Shown here one piece after another: positions 51,285 to 64,000 of a DNA stretch of 64,000 nt (position 1 is the stretch's first letter; the number at the start of each line of letters is the position of its first letter). Origin of the DNA: Octopus bimaculoides (taxonomy: Eukaryota); contig NC_069000.1 of NCBI RefSeq assembly GCF_001194135.2, forward strand, positions 24,070,793 to 24,134,792, given 5' to 3'. The translations under genes were made by a program, and so were the position numbers. The notes beneath the pieces are model-generated. The model did no database searches. It saw only the letters and a list, made by a program, of their open reading frames with translations, and was not told the DNA's origin.

Positions 51285-51646
51285 TGCAAGCTTGTCTATG
51301 TAGTAAGAAGCTTGCCTCCCAACCACATGGTTCCAGGTTCAGTTCCACTGCGTGGCACCTTCTACTATAGCCTCAGGCTGATCAAAGCCTTGTGAGTGGA
51401 TTTGGTAGATGGAAACTGAAAGAAGCATGTCATGTGTAGGTATATGAGTGTGTCCTCCCCCTTCACTGCCTGGCAACCAGTGTTGGTGTGTTTACATCCC
51501 TGTAATTTAGCGATTTGGCAAAAGACACTGATAGAATAAGTATTAAGCTTTAAAAGAATAAGTCCTAGGATCGATTAGTTCAACAAAAACCCTTCAAGGT
51601 TGTGCCCCAGTATAGCCAAAGTCTAATGACTGAAACATATAAAAGA
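51283..51646 (+). mobile_element. Family A SINE, full length
   Basis: Head, body and tail all recognisable; follows (TA)n at 51221-51281. Confidence 0.88.
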
Positions 51647-52086
51647 TATATGAATAGAATCAACTTTATCATCTTTTCTAAATCAATACAATAAATATCA
51701 AATATCAATCTTCATCATATTATGTTGGATTTTTCAAACCGGCATGGGTTGGATGGATTCTAACACTTGCAGTGGCCCTTCATCACCCAGCACATTCAGC
51801 AACAGAGCAAACCTGACAATCTTTTGTTCTGGAGCATCATGTTTTCTTTTCAGAATAAGTTTTATGATTTGATGTCCTTTCTGTCACCAACCATTTTAAA
51901 CTGTAGACTGGATGTATCTTATTGTACAACCAGTACCAGAGAGGCTATCTGTAACTATGTATCAGATTTTATTCAGAATTTATAGACATACACTCAATAG
52001 AAACTGCTTATTATATTCAGAGATAATGTTATCAAAAGGGTATTGTTATCTAAAAGGCTCTCCAAAGCTGTTCACAATAAGAACCT

Positions 52087-52232
52087 TATGGCTGTGTGGT
52101 TAAGGAGTTTGCTTCCCAACCACTTGGTTCTGGTTTCAGTCTCACTGTGTGGTACTGAGACAAGTGTCTTCTAGAGCTCCAGGTTGACCAAAGCCTTGTG
52201 AATGGATTTGGTTAAGGGAAACTGAAAGAAAC
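52087..52232 (+). mobile_element. Family A SINE 5' part
   Basis: ATGGCTGTGTGGTTAAGGAGTTTGCTTCCCAACC. Confidence 0.7.
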
Positions 52233-53697
52233 TTGTCATAAGAATAGTATAAAACATGGATTCAAAGACTTGTGTGGCTACCACAGTAAGCTTCCCATAC
52301 AAAATCGGTTATCAGTCTACATCAGTAATCAATTACAATGTAGTGCAATGTAGTATGTTTGTTTAACTGATTATCCAGAAAATATGAATGTTTTGAATGA
52401 GCTGAATTGTAGTTGTAAACATGATATTCATGTGACCTGATGAGTTAGTTTTCTTTATTTACATAAATTTGTGGATACACAATTGTACTGTATAATGCTG
52501 AGTGTAGATACTGATGCAAAACATGATTTTGCATATTGAAATTAATACGACATGAAGGTAACAAAATGGCTGTAATCATATGGATAAATAAATCTATCTT
52601 CACCTCTTATACCTCCTGATTTTATGCTTCACATATACATATATGTATGCAGGTGTGTATGATTTTGTGTTTTCTTGACTAGACTTCACATAATTGTTGT
52701 AAATGAGTGTCATGCTTTTAGCTTTACAATTACCAGAGTTACAGACTGAAATATCTCAACACAAACCTGACCGTGTGTGTATGTGTATATAGATGCATTT
52801 CAGGTCAGCTGTGAGTGCTATTGGTAGCATGCAATCCGGTATGACTTGGTACAGAGTCAGGTCATTTGTTTTTAAACTGGTCCCCTCACAAGGATAACCT
52901 GGCAAAGAGGATTGCTAGAAAACCAGCAAGACAAAAAGAAAACTTGCCAATAAAATATGACTCCAGTATAGGGTTAAAGGCTAACTAGCATGAATATGAA
53001 AGGATAAAGAAATACTTAAGATAGTGAAGGAGTGTGCTGGAAGAGCATGGAAAGTGACATAGAGACTTCTGCTCTTCAGCTACATAGGTAACTTGTCTAG
53101 GAGAGGATTACTCTGAATAAAAAATCTAGTAGGTAAAGCCAATGTAATCTTTGTTTGCAACCATTTGTAATACCCAATGTAGCATTTGCTTTCACTTTTA
53201 TAATTTTAAGGATGGCTAAATAAGCCATACTTTGCTTCTTTTAGGAATATCTTAGACCTTGTCCATGTACAGATGTTATTTTGCAGCTCAATAAAAAGTA
53301 ATGGTTCCACTCATTATGAGGTTTTAAAAATGCACCCAACATGTTTGGGGTGCTGATGATGTTGCCAGTGTGTCCTGAAAATGTTGACTTAGGACATTTG
53401 TTTGTACTCATGGCTTTATTCAAAGATGAGAAGAGTGTGTTACTGCAGACTCTTCCAACGGTTCTTATTTCTTTGAAGGACTGCTATGAACATCCAAAAT
53501 TTACCCCATCTCACAACACTTGAATTTATTTTACACTGATGAATTTTACTAACCTTTTATTTTCAGATGCAAATTATCAAGAGTTTGTAAGATTCAAGTC
53601 CTTCTTCCTCAAGTTAAGTCTATCCCTCCCTTTTTACTGAGTAAAGTTAAGATATACTGGCCATATATTACATCATAAAGTGAGCAACTATTCCTAA

Positions 53698-54028
53698 GGC
53701 GCGTGGCTCAGTGGTTAGAACGTCGAGCTTACAATCGCGAGGTTGTGAGTTTGATTCCCGGACCGGGCTGCGTGTTGTGTTCTTGAGCAAGACACTTTAT
53801 TTCACGTTGCTCCAGTTCACTCAGCTGCAGAAATGGGTTGCGACGTCACTGGTTTCAAGCTGTATTGGCCTTTGCCTTTCCCTTGGATAACATCAGTGGT
53901 GTAAAGAGGAGAGGCTGGTATGCATGGGTGACTGCTGGCCTTCCACAAACAACCTTGCCTGGACTTGTGCCTCGGAGGGTAACTTTCTAGGTGCAATCCC
54001 ATGATCATTCATGACCGATGGGGGTCTC
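53698..54028 (+). mobile_element. Young tRNA-derived SINE, third family, with V/Meta-like central domain
   Basis: Box A TGGCTCAGTGG, box B GAGTTTGATTCCC, then GTGTTGTGTTCTTGAGCAAGACACTTTATTTCAC..CTCAGCTG..AAATGGG; CpGs intact. Confidence 0.75.
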
Positions 54029-54079
54029 CTCATTCCTAACCAAACTCTCCAATCTAATCTTTTAAAATGTTATTCTCAA

Positions 54080-54800
54080 GAATGATAACTCCTCTAACCC
54101 TGACTGTGAGTGTCCTACTAGATTCATTTCTCCCATCTTAAAAGTGATAGAAACAGCCACTTACAATCACCTTCTTTAAAACCTTGACTCTCTCCTTTCT
54201 CAGTGACCATTAGGGCTGCTTTTGTAAAGCTACATCTACTGAAGACTTGGTCTCCATTGTCACTTCACCATAGGCTCTCACTATTGAGAAATTGGTGAAG
54301 ACACTATTGTTTCTCTTAACACAAATCTGGCAAAACATCTCACTTAAAAGCTCCACCTCTCTCTCTTTTGCTCAGATTAGTGACTTCCTGTCAGATTGTA
54401 CCATGATAGTGTGTACTGATGATGGAGAACATGGAGAGTATTTGGTGAATTTGGCCATTGTGCTCAGTTGCAAAGGCATGATGTGATATCCACATTCAAA
54501 CTATATATGCCATATCTGCTCTGACTCCATGAACAAGGATTGCAAAAAGAAAAAAAAAATTAAGTTGTGTCACCCTTGTTTCCTTCAACAGCACAAAGTC
54601 CCAATTACTGCACATATCAAGAAAACATTATCACACTCTACCCTACTAAATATGAATAGCATACTAGAACTATCAAAGTTGCTACTAAGGCTCAGCTTCA
54701 CTGTCACTGAGGATCTCCTGGTGAACACCCACCTTCATCATAATCAGAATTGCATCACAAAGACTGCTCTCCCTCTTCAGAGCCAAAAAAATACTTGTCT
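54080..54800 (+). mobile_element. Decayed CR1/Jockey RT remnant
   Basis: ISPILKVIETATYNHLL..LLSDH.GCFCKATSTEDLV resembles ISLLSILSKVME..IN..L..LLSDHQYGFR..RST.DLL. Confidence 0.5.
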
Positions 54801-55108
54801 TTAATAATTACTCTCTACAAAGCTCAGATGAGGCTCACAATGGATGATGGCTGCAAGTGCTGTTTGTAATGCAGTTTGCACTATTTACATAGTAATGTGA
54901 TCTTTAGACTGGCTTTGTTGCACATGGAAGGAATTAATGTGTGAATAATTTGTACATATTTTGAATACTTTGCCATTTTTCAAGGTATGTGACAGAAAGA
55001 TTGTGAGCTCAGACAGGTTTGTGATTACCCTTATGTACAGTTTACAATCTAATACTATATTTTTGTATTTGTAAAATTAGTGTCAGCTTTATTTTCTTTA
55101 GTTTGGTT

Positions 55109-55260
55109 AACCCATTAGCATTCAAACTGGCCAGATCTGGCCTCTCACACCTACCCTACAATGTCATTCTAGAAAATAAATGATCACATCATCAAAATCT
55201 CAAAGCTACAAGATAATGAATGATAGATTTAAAACAATGTGAATAAATAAGCATTAATAA
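55109..55260 (+). mobile_element. piggyBac-like MITE copy (internally deleted)
   Basis: TTAA|CCCATTAGCATTC then body shared with 26607. Confidence 0.7.
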
Positions 55261-56285
55261 TATAGTTGTTTAGTACCAGGTCAGTTCTAGTATAACAAAC
55301 ATATGCTCAAAGATGTTCTAGCCATGAGCATAAAGTCATTTTCCTCCTCAGATAGTGCATCAAGGACTACATTATCTAGTGTGTTCTTTCTTTTTTAAGA
55401 TTGTAGGATGTGATTTGAGGGAGACTTGGATGCGGTATGTAACAGATTGAGTGACTACATAGTGGTTCCTTTGTTGGCTCTTAAGATTTGACAGGTTTTG
55501 AATTCAGGCAGTTTGATCCTGATGTGTCCAACCGCACAGCACAAACAACTACAGGCAGTTCTTCCTCTCTAGACCATCATCTCTCCGGAATTCCCTACTT
55601 GCATGTCTATCTTGTATTTCATTGGAATGCAAATATTCAAATGCAAAGTTAACATCAACTTCACTTGCCAGTCTTTGAGTGCTTTTTCCAGATTAATCTA
55701 GATTAGAAAACTCTAAACTAACAGACTAAAGAGATATCATTACCATATAATATTCACATCTTGCCTTTGCAATTGAGCACAATGGTTAAATACACCAAAT
55801 ACCCTGATCCATCATCAACAGTCACAGCACCACTGTTCTCCATCATCATCTTGACCATGGTTTTAGAAGAAAACCTATAGTTCATCTTCCCCTGGGTCAG
55901 TGTTGGTTTGCAGGTAAATATGAATGTAATAAGTAGTACTTAGAAAGTTGCAGCCATCTTTTTTGCTGTAACAACTGAAGGAGACATCCATAGTTATTGG
56001 TGACTTGTTTTGTCCCACTGATGTTGAAGGCTATCTGGAGACCCTTTAATTAAATAGTTGCAGTCATGTCTATTCAAGCAGATTGCAGTTATTCAAAGTA
56101 TATAAGCATATAACGTAGAAGTAGTTGATAGAATGCTAAAGAGTGACTGAAAAGATGGCTTCTTTATATATTTTTATGACTTTGTTAGAAGATCAAAAAC
56201 AACATTCATGACTGTATTAAGGAACACCAAAGCTGTAGGGAGAAAGTTACCCAGAGACTCAGTATCTAGCCTATAAATATATTCA

Positions 56286-57137
56286 CAGAATGTTCAGGTT
56301 AAATTTGATGATTTTTATGTCACCTTTTTTCAAGAACAGCTTGTTGTATGGATGAACAGTCAACAGCATTGGAGAGCATTTGAGAAAAAGTTAGCAGACA
56401 CGGAGGACTAAAATCTATCTTGAATATTAGAAAAGAGTTACCCATATCATGATGATTCATGCCAAGCATCAAAATGTCAACATTGTGACTGCAACTCAAT
56501 GCTCTATGAAAACTAAAGACTAATATGTGACATGGACAACATGAAAACCAAGTTCCCCAAAACTATGATGGTCTTTGGGTATGTCTCCAGTGAGGGGGAT
56601 GACATGTCGTCCCACATCTCTGAACAGGGCCTTAGGCTCAGTTCCGATGGCAATGTGCAGCTGCTGTAGACTATAGTCAAACCCTAGCTGGAGAGGGTTG
56701 CTACTGGAAGGCAATATGCATGGTAGCAGGATTCAGTTTCTTGCCATACCTCCAGAAAGAATCAGAAGTAGATGTCAGAGAATCTCTATGACTCCACCAA
56801 CTCCAATTTCTGGCCTCCTAATTCCCCCGATTACAATTCCATGGATTATTACGTGTGGGCTGCTATCGAGAAAGGACCAACCATTCTGCTTGAATCACTA
56901 AGGTTGGTAGCCAAATCAAGGAGGTTTTGAAAGATCTTGCCTGGGAAACATGTGGCAGATTTGGAGCTATCTTGAGGCTGTGGTGAAAGCTGAGGTTGGG
57001 TACTTTGAGTAAACTGTTATCTCCTGGCCATAATCTAATTAATATTTTTTGTTCTTTTAAAATACTTTTTATCTTTGGATGGGATATTGTTTTCTTTTCC
57101 TTTTATGCAAACTGTCAAATTTAGCCCAAACACCCTG
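56286..57137 (+). mobile_element. Internally deleted Tc1/mariner element of maT (DD37D) type
   Basis: Degenerate ~29-bp TIRs CAG..TGTT..GG.TAAATTTGA; KTKFPKTMMVFGYVSSEG, QQDS..CHTSRK.QK, FWPPNSPDYNSMDYYVW. Confidence 0.75.
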
Positions 57138-57334
57138 AACTTCATCATGAAAATAAATATTTATTCAAATGTTACATTTGGCATTTTTTTTTTTGTCACA
57201 ATGCCTTCCTGACATTTCATAAATTGTATTTCCAGTTACTGGCAACCATTAAGCTTGCCTTTTTATCTTTTGTTCCTTACCTAACAACAGAGTTTAGTAT
57301 GCTAAAGACACTCATGAGCCAGGTGATGGGTTGT

Positions 57335-57515
57335 ATACCAACCAAAAACACTTTTTCTCGTGGATTTCCCCCCAGTTTCCATCTTCTAAATTTTACTCAC
57401 AAGGTTTCAGTTGACCCAGGGCTAAAGCAGATGTCACTTGCCCAAGGTACCACAGTGGGACTGAACCACAAAGTCACATAGTTGTGAAGTAAACTTCTTA
57501 ACCACAGTCATGCCC
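57335..57515 (-). mobile_element. Family A SINE 5' part
   Basis: CACTTGCCCAAGGTACCACAGTGGGACTGAACC..CTTAACCACAGTCATGCC. Confidence 0.7.
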
Positions 57516-58079
57516 ATCCAATATAATAACTAATTCTGTGTTGGTGTGAATGGAGCCTTTTTTTTTTTAATTGTTTTCAAGTTTTTTTCTTTTTAAAATT
57601 TTATTTTTGGTCAAGATGTTTTAACATACTGGTGTAGATAGGTTAAACATTTTCATTTGTCAAATAGACTATGCCAGGTGTTATTCCATTGCTGACTCAA
57701 ATAACTTCAGTTCTGTTAAAAAAGTTAATAAAAAATAAAAAAATTTTTAAAATGCTACTGTCAGTGAGGAACTTCCTAGATATATCTTATTACATAAAAA
57801 TAATTTGGGTTGAGTGCACAACCAGCTAGTGGTCATCACCATACCGAATTTTGCCATTACAAAGTTAGTGGACGGTAACTTAAAATCTCAGTCACAGCTG
57901 GAGCATCTTGCCAGGCTAAGACCAGGTCGTTTAATGTTATGAAGTTTAGAAATATAAAAACATCACACTAAGCATATTTGATAAAAACCTTCAGCAAAAT
58001 CCAGGTGTGGATATAGCTTTCTTAGAAGATTTAACTTAAAGAAATTACAAAATAAATCCATAAAAACATGTATAAGTAA

Positions 58080-58531
58080 TAACATAAACGGACACGATAA
58101 AGAGAAATTAGTTTAATCTATTGAGATACTATGTAATACATCAAAATGCTCTCGTTAAATGCAATGCCGTATACAAACATATTTGACATGAATAATAGAT
58201 CAGAACTCAGTAATATCTATAAATTGTGTTTTGTTTCATTCTCAAATTTTCCATTTATAAATACGTGTGTTTAAATGAAATGAAAAAAAAAAAGAAAAAA
58301 AAAACGAGAACGTGTGCAAACATTATTGGTAAACTAACGCATACACATTATATACACACATATATATGCTAAACAAACATTAAGCTAGGTAGGAAACATT
58401 ATTAAAGGTGTTGAGTTTAATACTGAAAGTTACGTTGAAACTTTAATTAACAATGTCGTGGAGATGTTTTGAAAGACTGACATTACAATTTATAAAATGC
58501 TTAAAAGGAATCGTGAAGGCGAAATGCATAT

Positions 58532-58566
<35 letters not shown>

Positions 58567-60441
58567 CATTTGTATACAAATTTTTTTCATGGCTAAAAAC
58601 ATACTTTCAAAACATAAAGAAAAAAACTTAGTCTTGGACACTATTATAACCTATTATAATTATTATTTCAATTACAGAAAGAACACTGTTGGATCGAACA
58701 GAGCATAAAAATAAAATAAAACTAGTAACATTGAAACAAGTATTTAAATAACGATGATGGCTACAATCATTATTTTTATTATGCTTGTGACCAACGTACT
58801 TGTGCTTCGATTTTACATATTACAAAAACCACAATTACCATTGTCACTACAAGCAATTATTATTGTTCGTGTTTGCCGAGAAAAGTTTACCGATAAGAGA
58901 TTTCTACTTTTCTTTTTCGTAATTCATAAAATACATATTTTCAACTGTTGTCTTTCAAGTTAACGAAGGAATCGCTTGCTCAATAACACAAATACAACAT
59001 TTAAAAAAGAAAAAGAAACGACATCAATAACAAAAAGCAAGATTGAAGAAGAGCTAGAAAAAGATTTGAAACTACTTACGGAAATCTACAAACAGATTCC
59101 GACAGAACTTAGAACAGAGGAAAGCCGAACCATTTTATTCCGTTTCAATAAAGCAACTGTTTTCTAGCGTGAACCCCCTTCCTCTCCTCCATTGCTACGT
59201 CGGGTGTGTGTGTGAGTGTGCGTGTGTGTGTGCGTGCGCACATGTGTATGCATGCGTGTACGTACGAATGAGTGTGTAAGAGGGAAAGAAAGAGAGAGAG
59301 AAAGTGTGTGTTCCTTCAGTGAATGAAAGAGCAGATATAAAGTACCCAGTGGGTCAGTTTGGTGTAGAGAAGAGCCACACCATTCTTTTGCTACCATTAT
59401 AAAAACGAGCTAACAAGGGAACCTATGTGGTCGCTAAAAATAGCAGTTAAGTTCCTCTTAACTAATAATACTCTACCGTTTTAAAAACATCTAAGACTAC
59501 ATTAAATAATGTTTATTAGACACACAGTACCTGAAAAAAAAAAAAAAGACAGGACGGTCATTTTGGAATGTCTTCTGTTCAATTAGTGTCGACATGGAGC
59601 TGGACAATAACAATAACAACCATTATGAAAACGGTTATGTTTTTAAGTGGGACACACGCATCTATTATAGGGATAAAAAAAGAGAGAGATAGAGATAGAG
59701 GTAAGCCGGAGAAAAAGATAGGTAAACATTTGTAATGGTGATGATGGTTGCGGCGAAGATTAGCAGTTTGTGAGTAGTTGATAAGAATTATAATGACATA
59801 CAGACACGGAGAAAGAAGAGTAGAAAAGAAAAATAAGAGAGTGAAAGATCGCCAACGTGTTATATGGCTGACAACACGAAAACAACACAAACAACTCATA
59901 ACATACACGTTTAGATCAGAAATGAGCAAGGTAGACCAATTCGATTGAGCTTACCCCTATCCCCCATACCAATGTCACCGCTTCCCATTTATACACAAAT
60001 TCATATACGAACGCAAACTAACGGATCGAAGTTAGTATACACAACATTTTTGTTAGAATATTTTCCCCTTTATTGACGTTTCCACGAAATTGATATTAGA
60101 AATATCACAAACGGCGACACATATACGTAGATATTTAATTTTTCTCTTTATCCATTCTCTCTTCTCACTCAACCTTTGTATGTATATGCATGTATGCATA
60201 TGTGTGTATGGAAGAAGAGAGGAAAGAGTGAGGGTTAAAATAAAGAGAAAATTGACATGAGAGGGGGATAAGGAGGCGGTGTAGAGGAAAGCAAGAGAAA
60301 GATAGAGAGGAGGGAGACAGGAAGAGTAAAAGTGTCAAAGAGTTAGTCAAAGAGTAAAAATTAGCGATTAGGCAGAGATATTCTAAATCCAACAATTATA
60401 TATATATCCTTGATAAGTGTCAGTGTGTATGTATGTGTGTG

Positions 60442-60515
<74 letters not shown>

Positions 60516-61530
60516 TTGATAAGAGTCAATGGACGAAACTCTCGGCCCTTAAATCACTAACTTCTACTGATTATTAATTATGTATACTCATGATTTCAGT
60601 TTTATTTTCCTGCTTGCATCACCAAATCTCTCTCCATATATATATGTGTGTGTGTGTGTGTGTAGAGGAAAAATATAAGTGAAAAATAGGAAGACACTGA
60701 GGAAAACAAAATGTAAATGTGAAGAAAAGAACAGATTATGCAAGTGAGAGAGTGAGAAAAGACAGAGCGAACGAAAATATGAGAGAATGAAAGAACGAGA
60801 AAATGAAAATAGAAAAATATTTATAGTTTTTTTTTTAATAGACTGAAAGCGATGAATACAGTGTGTAATAATGGAGAAAGAATAACTTAAAGCAAAATAT
60901 TATATAAAACAAGAAAATGAATTGTGAAATTGCGAGCAAAGTAGATAGGTAATATATATATATATATATATATAAACTAAACTAAATCACGAAACGAAGG
61001 AAACCGACAAGAAGTTTCAGGCCATGAAAACAAATTAAATAGCCATTCATCTAAATTTCTAAGAGCTTTATTATTTCTACGAGAGAGAGAATGACGGTTA
61101 GTTTATTAATGCCTGGGGTTTCATTTACTAAATTATGGCCGGCCGAAGACATTAGGTAAATAAATAGAGGTTGAAAGAAGGAACAGACTAAACAGCACGC
61201 AGAAATATAACATTTGATTCTGTGACTGCATTACAGATACGCATAATAATTTATCTGTCTTTCGCACACCACACACACACACACACACACACATACATAC
61301 ATACATATACATATATATATATATATATATGTGACTCCCGTCGAAGACGACGTATGAGTGTTCAGCAAAAAGACAGAAACACACACACAAACAAATATAC
61401 TTGAATAGATACGTTAACACATACCTGTACGTATTATACAGGTCGAATAAACACTGCAACTGACCAATACTTAACTTTACATACATAAGATTATCATACA
61501 CAGGATAAGAGTGTGTGTGCATGTGTGAGA

Positions 61531-61573
<43 letters not shown>

Positions 61574-61800
61574 CATCTAACATCCGTTTTACGTGCTGGC
61601 ATGGGTTAAGCACACACACACAAATATATTACATACATATCTTTTATCTTTATCTTTTACTTGTTTCCTTCATTAGACTGCGGCTATGCTGGGACACCAC
61701 CCTGAAGAATTTTTAGTCGAATGAATCGATTCCAATACTTTTTATTTAAGCCTGGTACTTATTTTATCGACCATTTTTGCCGAACCGCTAGATAACGGGG
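58080..61800. promoter_or_regulatory. CpG-retaining region, probable BBX promoter/TSS
   Basis: Hand count about 36 CpG in 58080-59280 versus 5 in 8400-9600; lies 5' of the first coding exon. Confidence 0.55.
59080..59330 (-). other. BBX: Candidate non-coding first exon of BBX
   Basis: Strong donor CC|GTAAGT at 59078-79; Inr-like TCATTC at 59321-59326; 5' end uncertain. Confidence 0.35.
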
Positions 61801-61835
61801 ACGTAAAAACACCATCACCAGTTGACACGCGGTGG
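61645..61835 (-). mobile_element. Family A SINE 3' half
   Basis: CTTTTACTTGTTTC..GACTGCGGCTATGCTGG..CCTGGTACTTATTTTATCG. Confidence 0.75.
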
Positions 61836-61859
61836 TGGTGTGGTGAACACACACACACA

Positions 61860-62745
61860 TCATCATCATCATTTAACGTCCGTTGTCCATGCTAGCATGG
61901 GCTGGACGGTTTGACCAGGGCTGTAAGCTNNNNNNNNNNNNNNNNNNNNNNNNNNNNNNNNNNNNNNNNNNNNNNNNNNGGGGGGGGGGGCTGCACCTGA
62001 TTCGTCTAATTTGGCATGGTTTCTACAGCTGGATGCCCTTCCTAATGCCAGCTACTCCGAGAGTGCAATGGGAGCTTTTATGTGCCACCAGCACAAGTGT
62101 CACTTTGCATGACACCAATATCTCTCACAATTAATTTCACTTGGCTTGAGAAGTCTTCTCAAGCATTGCATATTGCCAAAGGTCTTGGTCATTTGTCGTT
62201 GCCTCCATGAGGTCCAACGTTCAGAAGGTGCATTTTATAAGCCACTGGTACAGGTGCTAGTTACACGACACCAGCATCAGCCACATTGATTCTGTGAGGA
62301 CCAACGCTTGAAAGGTGCTTTTACATGCCACTGGCACAGGTACCAGTTACGCAACAATGACCACAGTTATGATTTCACTTGGCTGGGGGGGGGGTCTTCT
62401 CAAGCATAGCACATCAAAGATCTCGGTCACTAGTCATTGCCTCCATGAAGCTCAACATCTGAAGATCATGCTTCACCACCTTGTCCCATGTCTTCCCGGG
62501 TCTCCCCCTTCCATCACTTCCTTCCACTGATAGAGATTGGCACTTCTTCACCCAACTGTCCACATCCATACGCATCACATGACTGTACCAACACAGTCAT
62601 CTCTCTTGCACTCCACATCTGATGACTCTTATGCCCAGCTTTTCTCTCAAGACGTTTACACTGTCATACATGCACATTGACATTGCACATCCAGCCAAGC
62701 ATACTAGCTTCATTTCTTTCAAGCCTAAGCATGTCCTTGGCAGTC
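61860..62745 (-). mobile_element. RTE LINE 3' portion
   Basis: Same tail and ORF2 C-terminus as 30845-31495. Confidence 0.8.
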
Positions 62746-62747
62746 AC

Positions 62748-62868
62748 TGCCCAAAATATTTTCGTCACTTTGAGACCATGACCTGTTCACTGACAAAATT
62801 CCATGCTGTATCACCGAATTTTGTCAGTGAACAGGTTATGGTCTCAAAGCGATGAAAATATTTTGGCA
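62748..62868. repeat. 121-bp hairpin (53-54-bp arms, 14-nt loop)
   Basis: TGCCCAAAATATTTTCGTCACTTTGAGACCATGACCTGTTCACTGACAAAATTC and its reverse complement; 3 substitutions and 1 indel. Confidence 0.9.
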
Positions 62869-62953
62869 AATTAGATTTAAATATCGAAGTGAATCTAACG
62901 GGTTTTGTGCGTTTTTAAATGGCTTATAATGGCTTCCATGCTGCAATTGTTCT

Positions 62954-63022
<69 letters not shown>

Positions 63023-63029
63023 TTTTTTT

Positions 63030-63653
63030 TTCCTTGTATTTGTTTTAGTCATTTGACTGTGGGCCATGCTGGAGTACCACCTTTAGTCAAAAGAATCAAC
63101 CCCAAGACTTATTCTTTGTAAGCCTACTACTTATACTGTCAGTCTGTTTTGTTGAACTGCTAAGTTACAGGGATGTAAACACACCAACATCGGTTGTCAA
63201 GTGATGGTGGGGGACAAACACAGACACACAAACATATATATGTGTGTGTGTGTGTGACAGGCTTCCATACAGTTTCTTATTTCTTTATTGCCCACAAGGG
63301 GCTAAACATAGAGGGGACAAACAAGGACACACAAAGGGATTAAGTTGATTACATCGACCCCAGTGTGTAAATGATACTTAATTTATTGACCCTGAAAGGA
63401 TGAAAGACAAAGTCGACCTTGGCAGAATTTGAACTCAGAACGTAACGGCAGACAAAATACTGCTAAGCATTTCGTCTGGTGTGCTGACGTTTCTGCCAGC
63501 TCGCCTTTCAGTTTCAGTCAATCAAATCCACTCACAAGGCTTTGCCCAGCCCAAGAAGGCTATACTAGAAGACACTTGTTAAAGGTGCCACACAGTGGGA
63601 CTGGAACCACGTGGTTGGTAAGCATGCTACTTACCACACAACCACTCCTGCGC

Positions 63654-63655
<2 letters not shown>
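63030..63655 (-). mobile_element. Family A SINE interrupted by a family B SINE (63278-63508)
   Basis: A 3' half, B copy, A 5' half; CAGTTTC repeated on both sides of B. Confidence 0.75.
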
Positions 63656-63699
<44 letters not shown>

Positions 63700-63804
63700 C
63701 GATTCCTATGGATCGCATAAATTGTAATTCTTCGAAACATATGTCGGAATAAAGTATGCAGTTATAACATGCGTTTACTCCATTCCTTAAATTTTTATAT
63801 ATAT

Positions 63805-64000
63805 ATTTACAGAGGTATCAAACTGTTGGATCAGGTGATGAAAGTTGTGGAGAGAATCATAGCCCAACTAATCAGGGAGAGATTTAGTTTAGATGAGATG
63901 CAGTTTGGCTTTGTGCCAGGTAGAAGCACCACTGATGCTATATTTCTAGTAAGGTAACTGCAGGAGAAATACCTGCTTGGCTTTAGTTGACTTGGAGAAA
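63805..64000 (+). mobile_element. RTE-clade LINE RT fragment
   Basis: RGIKLLDQVMKVVERII..DEMQFGFVPGRSTTDAIFLVR*LQEKYL..FVDLEK. Confidence 0.85.

Noticed and set aside
53260-53600. Complex non-repetitive stretch with a 60-aa ORF and a plus-strand AG..GT 20-nt segment
   Set aside because: No recognisable domain or supporting exons; left unannotated
53698-53770. tRNA gene
   Set aside because: A and B boxes are present but there is no closing acceptor stem; the sequence runs on into a SINE body
58976-59167. 63-aa plus-strand ORF that looks coiled-coil
   Set aside because: A-rich antisense of a T-rich UTR/intron; no homology or splice support

Overview
AT-rich, repeat-dense animal genomic DNA with four N-gaps. 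The SINE, RTE and microsatellite content fits an octopus/cephalopod genome (inference). The main host feature is a minus-strand, multi-exon HMG-box gene that I recognise as a bobby sox (BBX) homologue. I traced seven well-supported, phase-consistent coding exons from 51161 down to the stop at 17902, plus two candidate small exons (30061-30111 and 38880-38911) that close the one phase gap. The resulting model is about 764 aa. A CpG-retaining region at about 58-61.8 kb with a donor at 59080 probably holds the promoter and first UTR exon. The first 6.6 kb is a nested transposon cluster: an RTE tail, a Penelope-like element (PLE) with GIY-YIG domain and a minimal hammerhead ribozyme, a Helitron Rep/helicase fragment, a second PLE with its own hammerhead, a CR1 RT sliver, a 208-bp palindrome carrying two hammerhead-like motifs, and a full-length mariner with perfect TIRs. 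The introns contain a non-autonomous Helitron, an R4/Dong LINE in a (TAA)n tract, pogo and maT-like elements, piggyBac-like MITEs, RTE/CR1 remnants and many SINEs. The most interesting leads are the hammerhead-bearing PLE-Helitron-PLE chimera, the palindrome with one-sided CpG decay, and a candidate 32-nt micro-exon lying in the loop of an inverted SINE pair. No CRISPR, rRNA or genuine tRNA gene was found.
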